Below, piece after piece: positions 34,419 through 43,257 of a stretch of DNA of 64,000 nt (its first letter is position 1; every line of letters starts with the position of its first letter). The position numbers and the translations under genes are program-made. The stretch lies in IMG/VR virus record IMGVR_UViG_2927713021_000002, positions 3,647 through 67,646 of that record, one strand, 5' to 3'. Below the pieces are notes generated by a model. That model saw only the letters and a program-made list of their open reading frames with translations, was not told where the DNA came from and ran no database searches. The stretch is from a virus. Its lineage: Duplodnaviria; Caudoviricetes.

Positions 34419-36212
34419 TTACTGCAGGTCTTCGAAGATCTCCGGCCCGAACTCGATCTTGCCGCGGTACGGCTCGACTTTGCTCAGGTCCAGCTCGCCG
34501 GCCTGGTAGGTGATGGTTACGTGCGGCTGGTACTCTTCGAAGTCCCAAGACGCCCCAGCCTCGCGGATCTGCATGTGTCGCCAGGCCAGTTCGGACGAGT
34601 TGAACAGCAGCACGACAGCGCCGTCGCTGCCCAGCGGCTCGACCAGGCGTGCGCCGCCAGGGGCGACGGTTAACCCGCCGTCCTGCCGACTGCCCCAGTC
34701 ACCGCCAACCTTCATCCAGTCCAGCGCCTGCCGGCTGTATGCGATGGTGACGTGCAAGTCTTCGGCCGGGACGGTGGTGTCGAAGCCTTGGGACTTTGCC
34801 CATGCCAGGATGTCGGCGCCGTTGGTGACCTTGCGCTGCACGTACAACGGCCGCGGGGCTGCGTCGCCGAGGGAGGCGGTGCGCGACGGGAGCTTGTTGC
34901 CCTCCTCGTCGATTTCCGGATCCTCCTCATCCGGCAGTTCGGCGCCGAACTTCTTGATGGCCGCCTCCAGCCCGGGCATGACGCTCTGCTCGACAAGCAA
35001 GTTGACCGAGGCTTGCGACAGGGCATCCTCAGGGAAGAGCCCCGCATCCTTGAGCACCTTGATCGTGTCCGCCGTGGTCTTGCCGATATCGGCGCGCTCT
35101 TTGGCGGTCGGTTGCCAGAGCGGCGCCCAGGTGTAATGGATCTCTTTCGGGCGATCACCCAGAGCCGAGCGGATGAGGCACTCGTCAAGCACACCCATGG
35201 CAGGCTTGATGTCCAGCTTCTGCCGGGAGGCGACGTTGTCGTAGTAATTTCGGGTGTTCTCTTCTCCGTTCGAGCCCAATCCGGTCGACGACTGTCCAAA
35301 CATACGGGTGATCGGGACATCGAACGCCCCGGCCACGCCCTGCTCTGTCTTGGCGATGACATCAGGAAGCGTGCTGAAGCTGGCCGACTTGGAGGTGTGG
35401 GTCTCCTGCCCGTCCAGTATCAGCGTGCCGTTGATGCCCTTGGCAGTTGCCGCCAAGCGCAGACGCTCGAGCAGCTGACGCTCGTAATTCTTGTCCTGCA
35501 TGCTCGTCATCAGGTTCGGGATATTGATGACGTCGATCTTTGCCTCGTAGACCAGGCTGACCACGTTGGCCACGGTCTCGTCGTAGCGACGCACGGCAGG
35601 CAGCGCAGCCAGCAGCACCGAATCACCCCAGCCGAAGCCGGCACCCATGGCTAGCTCTGGATCGGGGTGTGGCACGCCTACGAAGATGACCAGCCGGGAT
35701 GGGTGAATCTCAAGCTCAGAGCCTGGCAGCCGGTAAGCCTTGGGCTTTCCGTATCGTGGGCTTTGCGGGTCTTGCTCGATCTCAGTAGCCGATAGCTGTC
35801 GGCGAGTCATCACGGTCAAGTACTTGATACCACCTTGACGGATTGAGTCAGGCTTTAGCTCGGTTGAAGTGTTTCGGTCGCCGGTACCGATGAATAACGC
35901 AGCGCCGCCGAACAAGCGAGACTTCAGCAGAGCCTCAAGGATCTTGCCCTTTACATTCAGCCGCTCTTCCTCGGCCTCGATGAGCTCAATCTGCTCTTTG
36001 TTGGCCTGCCAGCTGCGCCAGTTCCGGCACGCATCGATCGCTGGAATACTCACACCTTTCTGCGCAGTCCACGAACCTCGGAATGCGTTCAGCAGTTGCT
36101 GGTCGTCCATCTCCGGCACGGTGTAGTGCGAGTGGGATGACTTGTCGCGCGCAGTACCCAGTCCAGCGACAAGGTTCTGCAGGCTGTCCTTGATGAAGGT
36201 GTATGCGCTCAT
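34419..36212 (-). CDS. Portal protein (DUF1073 family) fused to C-terminal Acb1-like 2H phosphoesterase
   Basis: Portal motifs RLFGGA, IHPSRL, PITRMFGQSSTGLGS, NYYD; C-terminal ~147 aa with LHVTIAYS and PHVTITY. Confidence 0.88.
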   Translation of the reverse strand: MSAYTFIKDSLQNLVAGLGTARDKSSHSHYTVPEMDDQQLLNAFRGSWTAQKGVSIPAIDACRNWRSWQANKEQIELIEAEEERLNVKGKILEALLKSRLFGGAALFIGTGDRNTSTELKPDSIRQGGIKYLTVMTRRQLSATEIEQDPQSPRYGKPKAYRLPGSELEIHPSRLVIFVGVPHPDPELAMGAGFGWGDSVLLAALPAVRRYDETVANVVSLVYEAKIDVINIPNLMTSMQDKNYERQLLERLRLAATAKGINGTLILDGQETHTSKSASFSTLPDVIAKTEQGVAGAFDVPITRMFGQSSTGLGSNGEENTRNYYDNVASRQKLDIKPAMGVLDECLIRSALGDRPKEIHYTWAPLWQPTAKERADIGKTTADTIKVLKDAGLFPEDALSQASVNLLVEQSVMPGLEAAIKKFGAELPDEEDPEIDEEGNKLPSRTASLGDAAPRPLYVQRKVTNGADILAWAKSQGFDTTVPAEDLHVTIAYSRQALDWMKVGGDWGSRQDGGLTVAPGGARLVEPLGSDGAVVLLFNSSELAWRHMQIREAGASWDFEEYQPHVTITYQAGELDLSKVEPYRGKIEFGPEIFEDLQ

Positions 36213-37489
36213 GGATTGCTCACGTTTGCGAGTGTGTAGCCGCCCGCAATCGGGAAGCGCTGAACAATGAAGTAGCCGAGTGCGTCGACCGGGTCTTCAG
36301 TGCCGTCTTTGTTTGGTTCGCCCTTGTCGGTGTAGGCCTGCTGCTCGAGCACCCCGGTAGTGACCGGGCAATTGTCGGTGTTCACCAGATAGCGCCTGTG
36401 AGCCTCTCCGTTGAGGAGCATTGCGTTGACTGCCAGCACCCTGTCCCGAACCTCAGGGTTCGACGGGTTGACCATCACAGGGAATCCTGCGGCCCGGAGC
36501 AACGTGTGGTCGGACTCGCTACCGTTGACGCTCTTGCGGTTCTTTCCGCTGGCGTCGGGATAGACGGTGATGCTGTGTCCGGGGAAGCGCCGCTTAAGCT
36601 CTTTGATCATCGCCGGCGTATCGAACAGGCTTGTGGCCTCCTCGAGCAGCATGGGCAACCCGTCGCGGATGACGTGAATAGTTGCCGCCATCCGGTTGAT
36701 GTTGAAGTCCATGCCGACATGGAGCTGTTCGCCTGGGCGAATCGTGGCGTTGGTGTGGTTCTTGTGCCGGCAGAAGTTCGGGTAGACGCTGCCCGACGTC
36801 AGGTTGACGAACAGGCCGTCGATGTAGGCATCCACCAGGTTGGCCGGGTATGACTTGCGCAGAGAGGGAATGTAGTCCTTTGGCAGGTTCTTGGCGTTCT
36901 GCCGCGTGGACGCATGCACGATGCCGTAGAACTGGCGCTGCGTTGGATCGGCGGCCAGCTCCTTGACGAACTTGCGGTAGACCCAGTTGAAGCCCTCAGG
37001 CGTTGTCGTCACGTCGATGGTGTTCGTGTCACGGCCAGGCCATACCGTCGACATACGCGCAATGATCTTCTTCCAGGCACTGTCCGCCTTCTTGATCGGC
37101 ATGCAGTCGATCTCATCGACCAGGGCGTGCGCGATGTTGAAGCCGACGATCCGGTGCGGGTGCTCCATGCTCTTGCAGACAATGGTGCTCAGGCAGCGTC
37201 CCTTGCTGTCTCGCAGGTAAACGCGCTTGTTGCTGGCAACGATGTCAGCGAACAAGCCAAACGCCTCAGCAACGCCCGGCAGCGTGTCGTAGAAGATGTC
37301 CGTGATCTGCGGGTAGGTCGGCGCGAAGTAGCCCTGAGGAATGCCAGGGAACTCCAAGGCGTTGATGCACATCCGCACGCAGCCCACGAAGGTCTTTCCG
37401 CTGCGGTAGCCGCCCACGAACGCCATGAACTTGTTGTGCGACTTGATGAACTCAAACTGCGGCTTGTTCAGCATCAGGACAGGACGCAT
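36209..37489 (-). CDS. Terminase large subunit
   Basis: Walker A GGYRSGKT, Walker B LVDE, TTTPEG, nuclease GMDFN, YPDASG, DALGY. Confidence 0.93.
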   Translation of the reverse strand: MRPVLMLNKPQFEFIKSHNKFMAFVGGYRSGKTFVGCVRMCINALEFPGIPQGYFAPTYPQITDIFYDTLPGVAEAFGLFADIVASNKRVYLRDSKGRCLSTIVCKSMEHPHRIVGFNIAHALVDEIDCMPIKKADSAWKKIIARMSTVWPGRDTNTIDVTTTPEGFNWVYRKFVKELAADPTQRQFYGIVHASTRQNAKNLPKDYIPSLRKSYPANLVDAYIDGLFVNLTSGSVYPNFCRHKNHTNATIRPGEQLHVGMDFNINRMAATIHVIRDGLPMLLEEATSLFDTPAMIKELKRRFPGHSITVYPDASGKNRKSVNGSESDHTLLRAAGFPVMVNPSNPEVRDRVLAVNAMLLNGEAHRRYLVNTDNCPVTTGVLEQQAYTDKGEPNKDGTEDPVDALGYFIVQRFPIAGGYTLANVSNP

Positions 37490-37985
37490 CTTCTACCCCG
37501 ATTATTACTTGCTTCGGCTCGGGCAGGCCCTGATTCGGGTCCTCCAGTTCACGCTGCAGCTTTTGGATGTTCAGCCGCTTGATCTCGTCGTCCAGCGACT
37601 TGTCAGGCTCGACCTTGCGATTCACGTACACGTCGCCGACTTCCTTGGCGGCCTGCTCCAGCAGCTGAGCGGTCAAAGCCATGTTCTTCATGGATTCCGC
37701 CTTCTCAGCCATCCTCCCCAAGGCGCGGAGTCTGTAGGCGCGGTTGGCAATCGGGATCTCGGCAGTCTCCTCGCGGAAACGCTTGCGGGTGTCCTCGAAC
37801 AGCACCACCCAACGCCTGGCCAGGTTGCGTCCCTGCCGCTTGGTGGGGTCGTGACTTTCAGCCGTCTGGCGACTGATCTCAATGCCGAACTCTTTGTTGA
37901 CGGCCTCGGCCACCTGAGACGGTGTATCGAAGCAGGCCAGCGCCTGAACGATAAAGGCCTTCACCTCGTTGCTCAGGGCTGCCAT
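37452..37985 (-). CDS. Terminase small subunit (DUF2280-like)
   Basis: MAALSNEVKAFIVQALACFDTPSQV, IPIANRAYRL, LEQAAKEVG. Confidence 0.8.
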   Translation of the reverse strand: MAALSNEVKAFIVQALACFDTPSQVAEAVNKEFGIEISRQTAESHDPTKRQGRNLARRWVVLFEDTRKRFREETAEIPIANRAYRLRALGRMAEKAESMKNMALTAQLLEQAAKEVGDVYVNRKVEPDKSLDDEIKRLNIQKLQRELEDPNQGLPEPKQVIIGVEDASCPDAEQAAV

Positions 37986-38016
37986 AAATTGGGTTCCGTC
38001 AAGCGCCTGTCAAATA

Positions 38017-38625
38017 TCAAGCCGACTTAAGCAGGCAGGTACCACAGGCCCTCGCAATATTGATCTTGGCCACCTCAGGCGGCCGGCTTGCAGCGTCGAT
38101 GAGCTGCTGTACGTCGTTGCTCGCACCATAGCGGCGTACCACTCCGACGAACTCTTCGACGTCATGGCCGCGCATCTCAAGCTTGGGCAGCCCGTCTTGG
38201 GTGAATGCCGGGGCGCCGTACTTATCGAGCTTGTGCGCTATGTGGTAGAGCTCGTGCTCGACCAGGGCGCAGAACTCAGCCTCGGTGCACTGGGCGCAGT
38301 AGTCGGCGGCAAGGGTGATGAGGAACTCAGGCTCTTCACCGAACCAGTCCCGCATCTGCTGCTCTTGCCGGGCTTTCTGCCAGCCACCGGCGCGAATCAT
38401 CAGTTGCTCGGCCTGGCCCAGTACTGTCCTGCCCTTCTTCTCGAACGCAGAGGACGCCCACAGCACGCCGACATTGGCGTCAACTAGATGAGTGTGCTCT
38501 TCGTTGTAGATGCTACCGGTCGTGGCGAGGATCTCTGCCTGTATCCAATCCCAGACCTCAGGAGCAGGTCGAAGAGTGAGCCACAGTGCATCGAGCAGGT
38601 CGGCAGGGGGGTTCAGTCTGCTCAT
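38017..38625 (-). CDS. Putative phage metallopeptidase
   Basis: LVEHELYH (HExxH) and GHDVEEFVGVVRRYG. Confidence 0.75.
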   Translation of the reverse strand: MSRLNPPADLLDALWLTLRPAPEVWDWIQAEILATTGSIYNEEHTHLVDANVGVLWASSAFEKKGRTVLGQAEQLMIRAGGWQKARQEQQMRDWFGEEPEFLITLAADYCAQCTEAEFCALVEHELYHIAHKLDKYGAPAFTQDGLPKLEMRGHDVEEFVGVVRRYGASNDVQQLIDAASRPPEVAKINIARACGTCLLKSA

Positions 38626-38738
38626 ACATCCCCCTCAGGTACGGTTATGCGGAAATCAAAAAAAACGCCTCCCTGGCTGATATCCAGGAGAGGCGCCGAG
38701 CTTGTAGCACTGAGGCTTTCACTGGAAAACCCTAGCAA

Positions 38739-38921
38739 TCACTCTACCTTTTCAAGCATCTCCGGGCCGAAATTGTGGTACTGCGTGGTTTCTGCCTTGT
38801 CGAACCATGCGCAACGAACCAGCGGCTCGCCAGTCTGGAAGTCGTTATGCAGACGTTCAACGGTCATTGCTGGGCCGCCGCTTTTCAGCGTGACCACATC
38901 ACCTTTTACAAAGTTGGGCAT
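38739..38921 (-). CDS. YodC/DUF2158-like small protein
   Basis: FVKGDVVTLKSGGPAMTV...CAWF. Confidence 0.75.
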   Translation of the reverse strand: MPNFVKGDVVTLKSGGPAMTVERLHNDFQTGEPLVRCAWFDKAETTQYHNFGPEMLEKVE

Positions 38922-39062
38922 CTCATGTCTCCTATGTTGTTGAGTGCACCACATAGATGAGATCGTTTCGCCATCATTTCAACCAATGCTTGAAAAAATT
39001 TGCGCCAAATCCATCTCACGGTTGTGCGCCACGAAACGGCGTACTTCTGTTTTGTGGAGCGC

Positions 39063-39374
39063 TCAGCTCGACCGCTTGCACAGGTCGCAGTCCAGGCGCC
39101 GGCAGATCCAGCGCTTCACCCGCGGCCAGTAGGTCAGCATGAACATGTGCCGGAGACCTGCCAGGAACAGGGCAACATGCATGGTCACGCCAGCAGTGTT
39201 CGGCGTGAAGAACATCCGATCCGACCTGGCAAGGATGGCGTAGCCGCTCATGGCGATGACCGCGTACAGGAACTTGCCAATAACGCCGTCTCGGACCTTC
39301 CCGCTGAAGATCGACCACGTCGCCCAGAAGGCGATGCCCCCTGCGGAGAACGCGTTGATGTATTCGAGGATCAT
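39063..39374 (-). CDS. Small membrane protein (holin-associated)
   Basis: Three hydrophobic segments; coupled to the holin-like gene. Confidence 0.65.
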   Translation of the reverse strand: MILEYINAFSAGGIAFWATWSIFSGKVRDGVIGKFLYAVIAMSGYAILARSDRMFFTPNTAGVTMHVALFLAGLRHMFMLTYWPRVKRWICRRLDCDLCKRSS

Positions 39375-39697
39375 GAGCTAGGCCCTCCGAACTTGGACCT
39401 GATGACAGACCAGAGATCGGCAGCCTTGATCGCCCGGTTGATGGCGGCAATGAGTGAGCCGCCGAATGTGCCGAGAAGAAAGCCTACGCCTGCGACGCTA
39501 CGCGGCTCAGTGATCCCGAAATAGGCGCTGACCATGCCGGTAAGGTAGTGGGCGCAGGCCATGCCGGTGAACAGGAAGAGCAACCAGGCCTTGCGGTCGG
39601 TCAGGTCGTCCTTGTGCCAGCGCGTAGCGACCAGGGCCCCCAATAGGCCCGCGATCATCCAGTCGAACTTCTCGAGCAGGCGGTGGAATAGATCCAT
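39371..39697 (-). CDS. Putative holin
   Basis: Three TM segments, IAGLLGALVA...GFLLGTFGGSL; first gene after the late promoter. Confidence 0.65.
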   Translation of the reverse strand: MDLFHRLLEKFDWMIAGLLGALVATRWHKDDLTDRKAWLLFLFTGMACAHYLTGMVSAYFGITEPRSVAGVGFLLGTFGGSLIAAINRAIKAADLWSVIRSKFGGPSS

Positions 39698-39769
39698 GCT
39701 CGACCTCTTGCTGTGCATGAACGAGGCGCGCTCAGTGGCGGGCACTCTTGAGGCCCTCTTGCGGGCAAT

Positions 39770-39869
39770 AAAAAACCCGGCACAGTGGCCGGGCTTTGGT
39801 TCGTCATTCTTAACACGCAAGAAGGACAAGATAGAGGTAAATGTATGCCACTCTGCCACTAATCGTCAA
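39770..39869 (-). promoter_or_regulatory. pR'-like late promoter, tandem Q-binding-like repeat and tR'-like terminator
   Basis: TTGACG-18 bp-TACATT; spacer holds AGTGGCA twice at 8-bp period; terminator GCCCGGC...GCCGGGTTTTTT at 39770-39794. Confidence 0.6.
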
Positions 39870-40411
39870 GCGGCAATTTTCTGAATCAAGCCCTCCGCAT
39901 CAAGAATCTCCTGAGCCTCTGTGAGCGCCAGATCTACGCGGCGACGCAGCTCCTTGCAGAGGCCTGCCTTCCACCGGTACTGAGTGCGCTCGGCGACCGG
40001 CTCATCCAGCCAGTTATCCATGCAGTACCAGGCGGCAGGCAGAACGTTGGTCGATCGCTTCCCATCTTGTCCTGGCAGCTTCGGCATGGCCCAGGTCACC
40101 ACCGCGGCGTGACGGAATCGCTCCGGAGCCGGTGAGCGGATGGCCTTGGCAATTGCGATGATCGCTTCGTGTTTGCGCTCGGCGTGCGTGGAGTACTGCG
40201 CAACCAGCACCAGCCAGTGCTCGGCGGCCAGCTGGGTGCGCAGCCTGGCGTGCACCATGCAATCGATCAGGAATGCGGCTTCCTTGCCCACAATGGCGCC
40301 CTTCTGCTTGGTGGCCTGAACCTTCGGCTCGAAGTCGCACCCGCCAGCGCTGTTGATCGTCTCTGCCGCCAGGGCGCGGACTACCGCTGATACCACGTTC
40401 TGATAGTTCAC
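39866..40411 (-). CDS. Late-gene regulator at the Q position (antiterminator-like)
   Basis: Last gene of the nin region, immediately before late promoter and terminator; C-terminal ERTQYRW helix. Confidence 0.55.
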   Translation of the reverse strand: MNYQNVVSAVVRALAAETINSAGGCDFEPKVQATKQKGAIVGKEAAFLIDCMVHARLRTQLAAEHWLVLVAQYSTHAERKHEAIIAIAKAIRSPAPERFRHAAVVTWAMPKLPGQDGKRSTNVLPAAWYCMDNWLDEPVAERTQYRWKAGLCKELRRRVDLALTEAQEILDAEGLIQKIAA

Positions 40412-40530
40412 AGGCCCTGCTCCTTTTTCAAGCGACTCGAGATACGCATGCCCCGCACGATGCAGTAGGCGCCAAAGATGGCCATGGCCAACAGCAGGAG
40501 CTGGCCGGTGTCGGTTGGTGTCCAGTTCAT
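40408..40530 (-). CDS. 40-aa membrane peptide
   Basis: MNWTPTDTGQLLLLAMAIFGAYCIVRGMRISSRLKKEQGL; overlaps both neighbours by 4 nt. Confidence 0.55.
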   Translation of the reverse strand: MNWTPTDTGQLLLLAMAIFGAYCIVRGMRISSRLKKEQGL

Positions 40531-40883
40531 GCTGCCTCCCATCGTGGCTCTACGCGGACGAGCACGGCGCCGCCCTTGGTGGTTTCCTTGCTCACCCTGA
40601 TCTGAGTGGCGAACACGTTGTCGTCGATGCCGAGGGCGTCCGCCAGACCGTCACGGCCCGCCTTGAACATCGCCAGCAGGTTGTCGTCATCGCGCCGGCG
40701 ACGGTCGGGCGGCACGAACTCGAGCATGAGCAGCGCTTCACCTTCCGGCGCAGTGATGCCGGCCTGCTTCGCCAGCAGGTGGCAGGCTGCCCGGTAGGAC
40801 TTGGCCGCCCTGCTCTTCTTGGTCCAGTGCACACGGGCATTTGGGCTGCATGCGGCCGGTGGCCACGGTAGGATTAAGTCCAT
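40527..40883 (-). CDS. RusA-like Holliday junction resolvase
   Basis: LPWPP..SPN, PPDRRRRDDDN, DGLADALGIDD. Confidence 0.82.
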   Translation of the reverse strand: MDLILPWPPAACSPNARVHWTKKSRAAKSYRAACHLLAKQAGITAPEGEALLMLEFVPPDRRRRDDDNLLAMFKAGRDGLADALGIDDNVFATQIRVSKETTKGGAVLVRVEPRWEAA

Positions 40884-41185
40884 CAGGCGGCTCCTTTCAC
40901 GGTCATCAGCCCAGCCCGGATCAGGGCCTCGTGCGTCTCGGCGATCGCCCGAGGCATATCGGACCAGTCCACTTCACCCTTACCGCGCCCGTCGAGCACG
41001 TCGTGGCAGGCACTGCAGGCGTATACCGCCACGGTGTCGAAGCCCTTCATGCCCATGCCCTTCTGCCCGCATGGCAGGTGCGCCAGAACGGTCGTGTCTG
41101 GGTTGAAATTGCAGGTGCCGGGGATGCGGACTGTGCAGTCCTGGTCCCGGGCGCTGTCGCGGACCTTCTTGCTGACTACGCGCAT
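40883..41185 (-). CDS. DUF1364 (YbcO-like) nuclease
   Basis: ARDQDCTVRIPGTC..PDTTVLAH, ACSACHD. Confidence 0.8.
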   Translation of the reverse strand: MRVVSKKVRDSARDQDCTVRIPGTCNFNPDTTVLAHLPCGQKGMGMKGFDTVAVYACSACHDVLDGRGKGEVDWSDMPRAIAETHEALIRAGLMTVKGAA

Positions 41186-41448
41186 GGCTCGGCCTCCTTG
41201 GCTTTCTGCTGCTCGGGGGCTAAGTCTCCGCGCAGGGGTATCAGCTGATGCGGGTGGTAGCTGTACTTAGAGCCGTCGCGCATGACTAACACCTGGGGCT
41301 TGGCGATTTCTCGACGCTCCCCGCGATAGCGCACGATGTCACCGGGGCGAAGAATTGACTCAACCTCGACGGCGGCGCCAGACTCGATGTGTCCAGGAAT
41401 TCCGACCAGAGTCATAGCCAGGTCGCCTGGCTTGAATTGATGGCTCAT
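41176..41448 (-). CDS. Hypothetical phage protein
   Basis: MSHQFKPGDLA...LIPLRGD; coupled within nin operon. Confidence 0.65.
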   Translation of the reverse strand: MSHQFKPGDLAMTLVGIPGHIESGAAVEVESILRPGDIVRYRGERREIAKPQVLVMRDGSKYSYHPHQLIPLRGDLAPEQQKAKEAEPCA

Positions 41449-41864
41449 CAGTAACGCCCCTCCCACAGATCCTTCTGGCTCCAGCGCACCTGGTGCTCCG
41501 CGCCGAACGCCTGAATCCACTCCAGCAAGCTTGCGCACTGCTTCACGCTGAGCTGGCTTGTGCGCTCGTACACGACGTCGAAGCCGTTGCCGTCGAGCGC
41601 TGGTATCAGCCGAGGCTGTTCGCCGCTCTCACGCAGCCAGGCGGCCGTCAGGAGGCGCTTCCAGATCAGGACGTCCCACTTCTTGCCAGCGTGCTCGACC
41701 TGCTTCGCGATATCGCTCAGGCAGGCGTGGAGCTTCTTGTTCTGCTCGCCGCTGCGGTCCTGGTCCTTGATGACGATCTTCTTGGGCCGGGTGAAGTCCT
41801 GGGCCTGCAGGATGCCGAAGAGACGATTGACGTCTGCCATGCTGTGCATCACGAAGTCAGTCAT
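41448..41864 (-). CDS. ninB: NinB/YbcN-like recombination protein
   Basis: RSGEQNKKLHACLSDIAKQV, WKRLLTA, RTSQLSVKQ, FGAEHQVRW. Confidence 0.8.
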   Translation of the reverse strand: MTDFVMHSMADVNRLFGILQAQDFTRPKKIVIKDQDRSGEQNKKLHACLSDIAKQVEHAGKKWDVLIWKRLLTAAWLRESGEQPRLIPALDGNGFDVVYERTSQLSVKQCASLLEWIQAFGAEHQVRWSQKDLWEGRY

Positions 41865-42026
41865 GATCGTCCTCCTCGCAGTGCAGGCGGCGGAACTCTT
41901 CCCAGAGAAGCCGAGAAATTTCAAAACTGGCGGACTGGATCTGGTAGGCGGCGATAGGCACCCCAACCAGAACCAAAAGAATAATGATTGAGGCGAGCAG
42001 GCCGGCGGCGGCGAACAGTAACTCGG

Positions 42027-42338
42027 TCATGGCGCCACCTTCAGGCCCTGGACCTCGATTGCCTCAGCCGCTTCCCGGCGATTGATTACCGAGCACCGCT
42101 CTGGCGCCCAATCATGGAGATCGAATCCTTCAGGCAGTTCCACCAACACGGCCTCGCGGGAGGCCTGCCAGCCCTCCCACCGCCAGTTGCGCTCACCTAT
42201 CTGGAGAGTGCTAACCAGCTTCCAAACATCAACCACCTCATACATACCTATGCTCTCATTCCAATCAATACCGGCAGGGGTTGGGAATCTCGCCTCGAAC
42301 TGCTCGCGGCTGATGTCGCGCATCTTGTTGGTGTCCAT
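42027..42338 (-). CDS. Hypothetical phage protein
   Basis: MDTNKMRDISREQFEA...GWQASRE...GLKVAP. Confidence 0.65.
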   Translation of the reverse strand: MDTNKMRDISREQFEARFPTPAGIDWNESIGMYEVVDVWKLVSTLQIGERNWRWEGWQASREAVLVELPEGFDLHDWAPERCSVINRREAAEAIEVQGLKVAP

Positions 42339-42535
42339 CAGTGCTTCTCCCAAGGCAGGAAGATCGCTTCGCAGGCGCGCGCAATCTCCGAAAATTCGCT
42401 GCGGTTCTGCCAGAGCACGGCTACAGCGAAGATCAGCGGCATAACAGGCAGGAGCGACAGCAGGAACAGGCGCGCCAGCCATGGTCGACGCAGCATCCAC
42501 GGCTTAATGCCGCGCGGATTGAACGTACGCATCAC
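42338..42535 (-). CDS. Small membrane protein
   Basis: 65 aa with one TM; coupled to P. Confidence 0.55.
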   Translation of the reverse strand: MMRTFNPRGIKPWMLRRPWLARLFLLSLLPVMPLIFAVAVLWQNRSEFSEIARACEAIFLPWEKH

Positions 42536-43257
42536 ACCCCCTCCCCGGCCGGCTGCCCGGCGCGCTTGATGTTCAACTTGGCCATCAGCTGCGCACGGCA
42601 GGCTGCGGCGGTGGTTGGGATCTGCTGGATCTCAAGCAGGCGGGCCTGGCGCTGTTTGGCGTGCTCGTCTGCGAGCTCCAGCAGGCTTTTCTGGCTGTCG
42701 TGGCCGATGCCGGTGGCAATCCTCCCGTCGAGCGGTTCGCCCTCCTGAGCGCGGCGCAGGACGATCTGGTAGGCACGGTCGAAACGAGCCTGCAGGCCCT
42801 TGTCGTTCTGCTGGGCTGAGCGAAGGTCGAACAGGCCGGTGGCCACGGCGGCGATCTTCACGCCCTCGTGGCTGTACACGCCCATCAGCGCCTCGATCCA
42901 GGCATCTGCAGGTGCAGGCATGCCGAAGTCCTCGGGCGTCGGCTGGCACATCGCAATGAACTCGCCCACGCTCGGCGCGAAAGGCTTCTTGAGCTTGCGG
43001 CACTTCTCGATGCCGAACTCAATCTGCTCGAGCGTGCGGATGCCCTCGGAGGCGAACTCCTTGATCCACTCCTCCTTGGCTGCGGCCAGGGCTTCGGTGG
43101 ACGGCCAAGCCTGACGCCAGGCTGGGAAGATCCCGCGCAGGCGGCGGAACAGGTCGTTGACCACCTCGGCAGTCTCCAGCGAGACAACCACGGGGCCGCC
43201 GTGAAGCTCTGGCGGACGGTTGGCCATAGCGGCCATCAGTTGGTTGGCTGATTTCAT
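42532..43257 (-). CDS. Replication protein P (helicase loader)
   Basis: IFPAWRQAW, EGIRTLEQIEFG, PFAPSVGEFIAMC. Confidence 0.82.
   Translation of the reverse strand: MKSANQLMAAMANRPPELHGGPVVVSLETAEVVNDLFRRLRGIFPAWRQAWPSTEALAAAKEEWIKEFASEGIRTLEQIEFGIEKCRKLKKPFAPSVGEFIAMCQPTPEDFGMPAPADAWIEALMGVYSHEGVKIAAVATGLFDLRSAQQNDKGLQARFDRAYQIVLRRAQEGEPLDGRIATGIGHDSQKSLLELADEHAKQRQARLLEIQQIPTTAAACRAQLMAKLNIKRAGQPAGEGV

Noticed and set aside
31314-34673. 1119-aa plus-strand ORF
   Set aside because: Mirror frame of the GC-rich capsid, protease and portal genes; no domain features.
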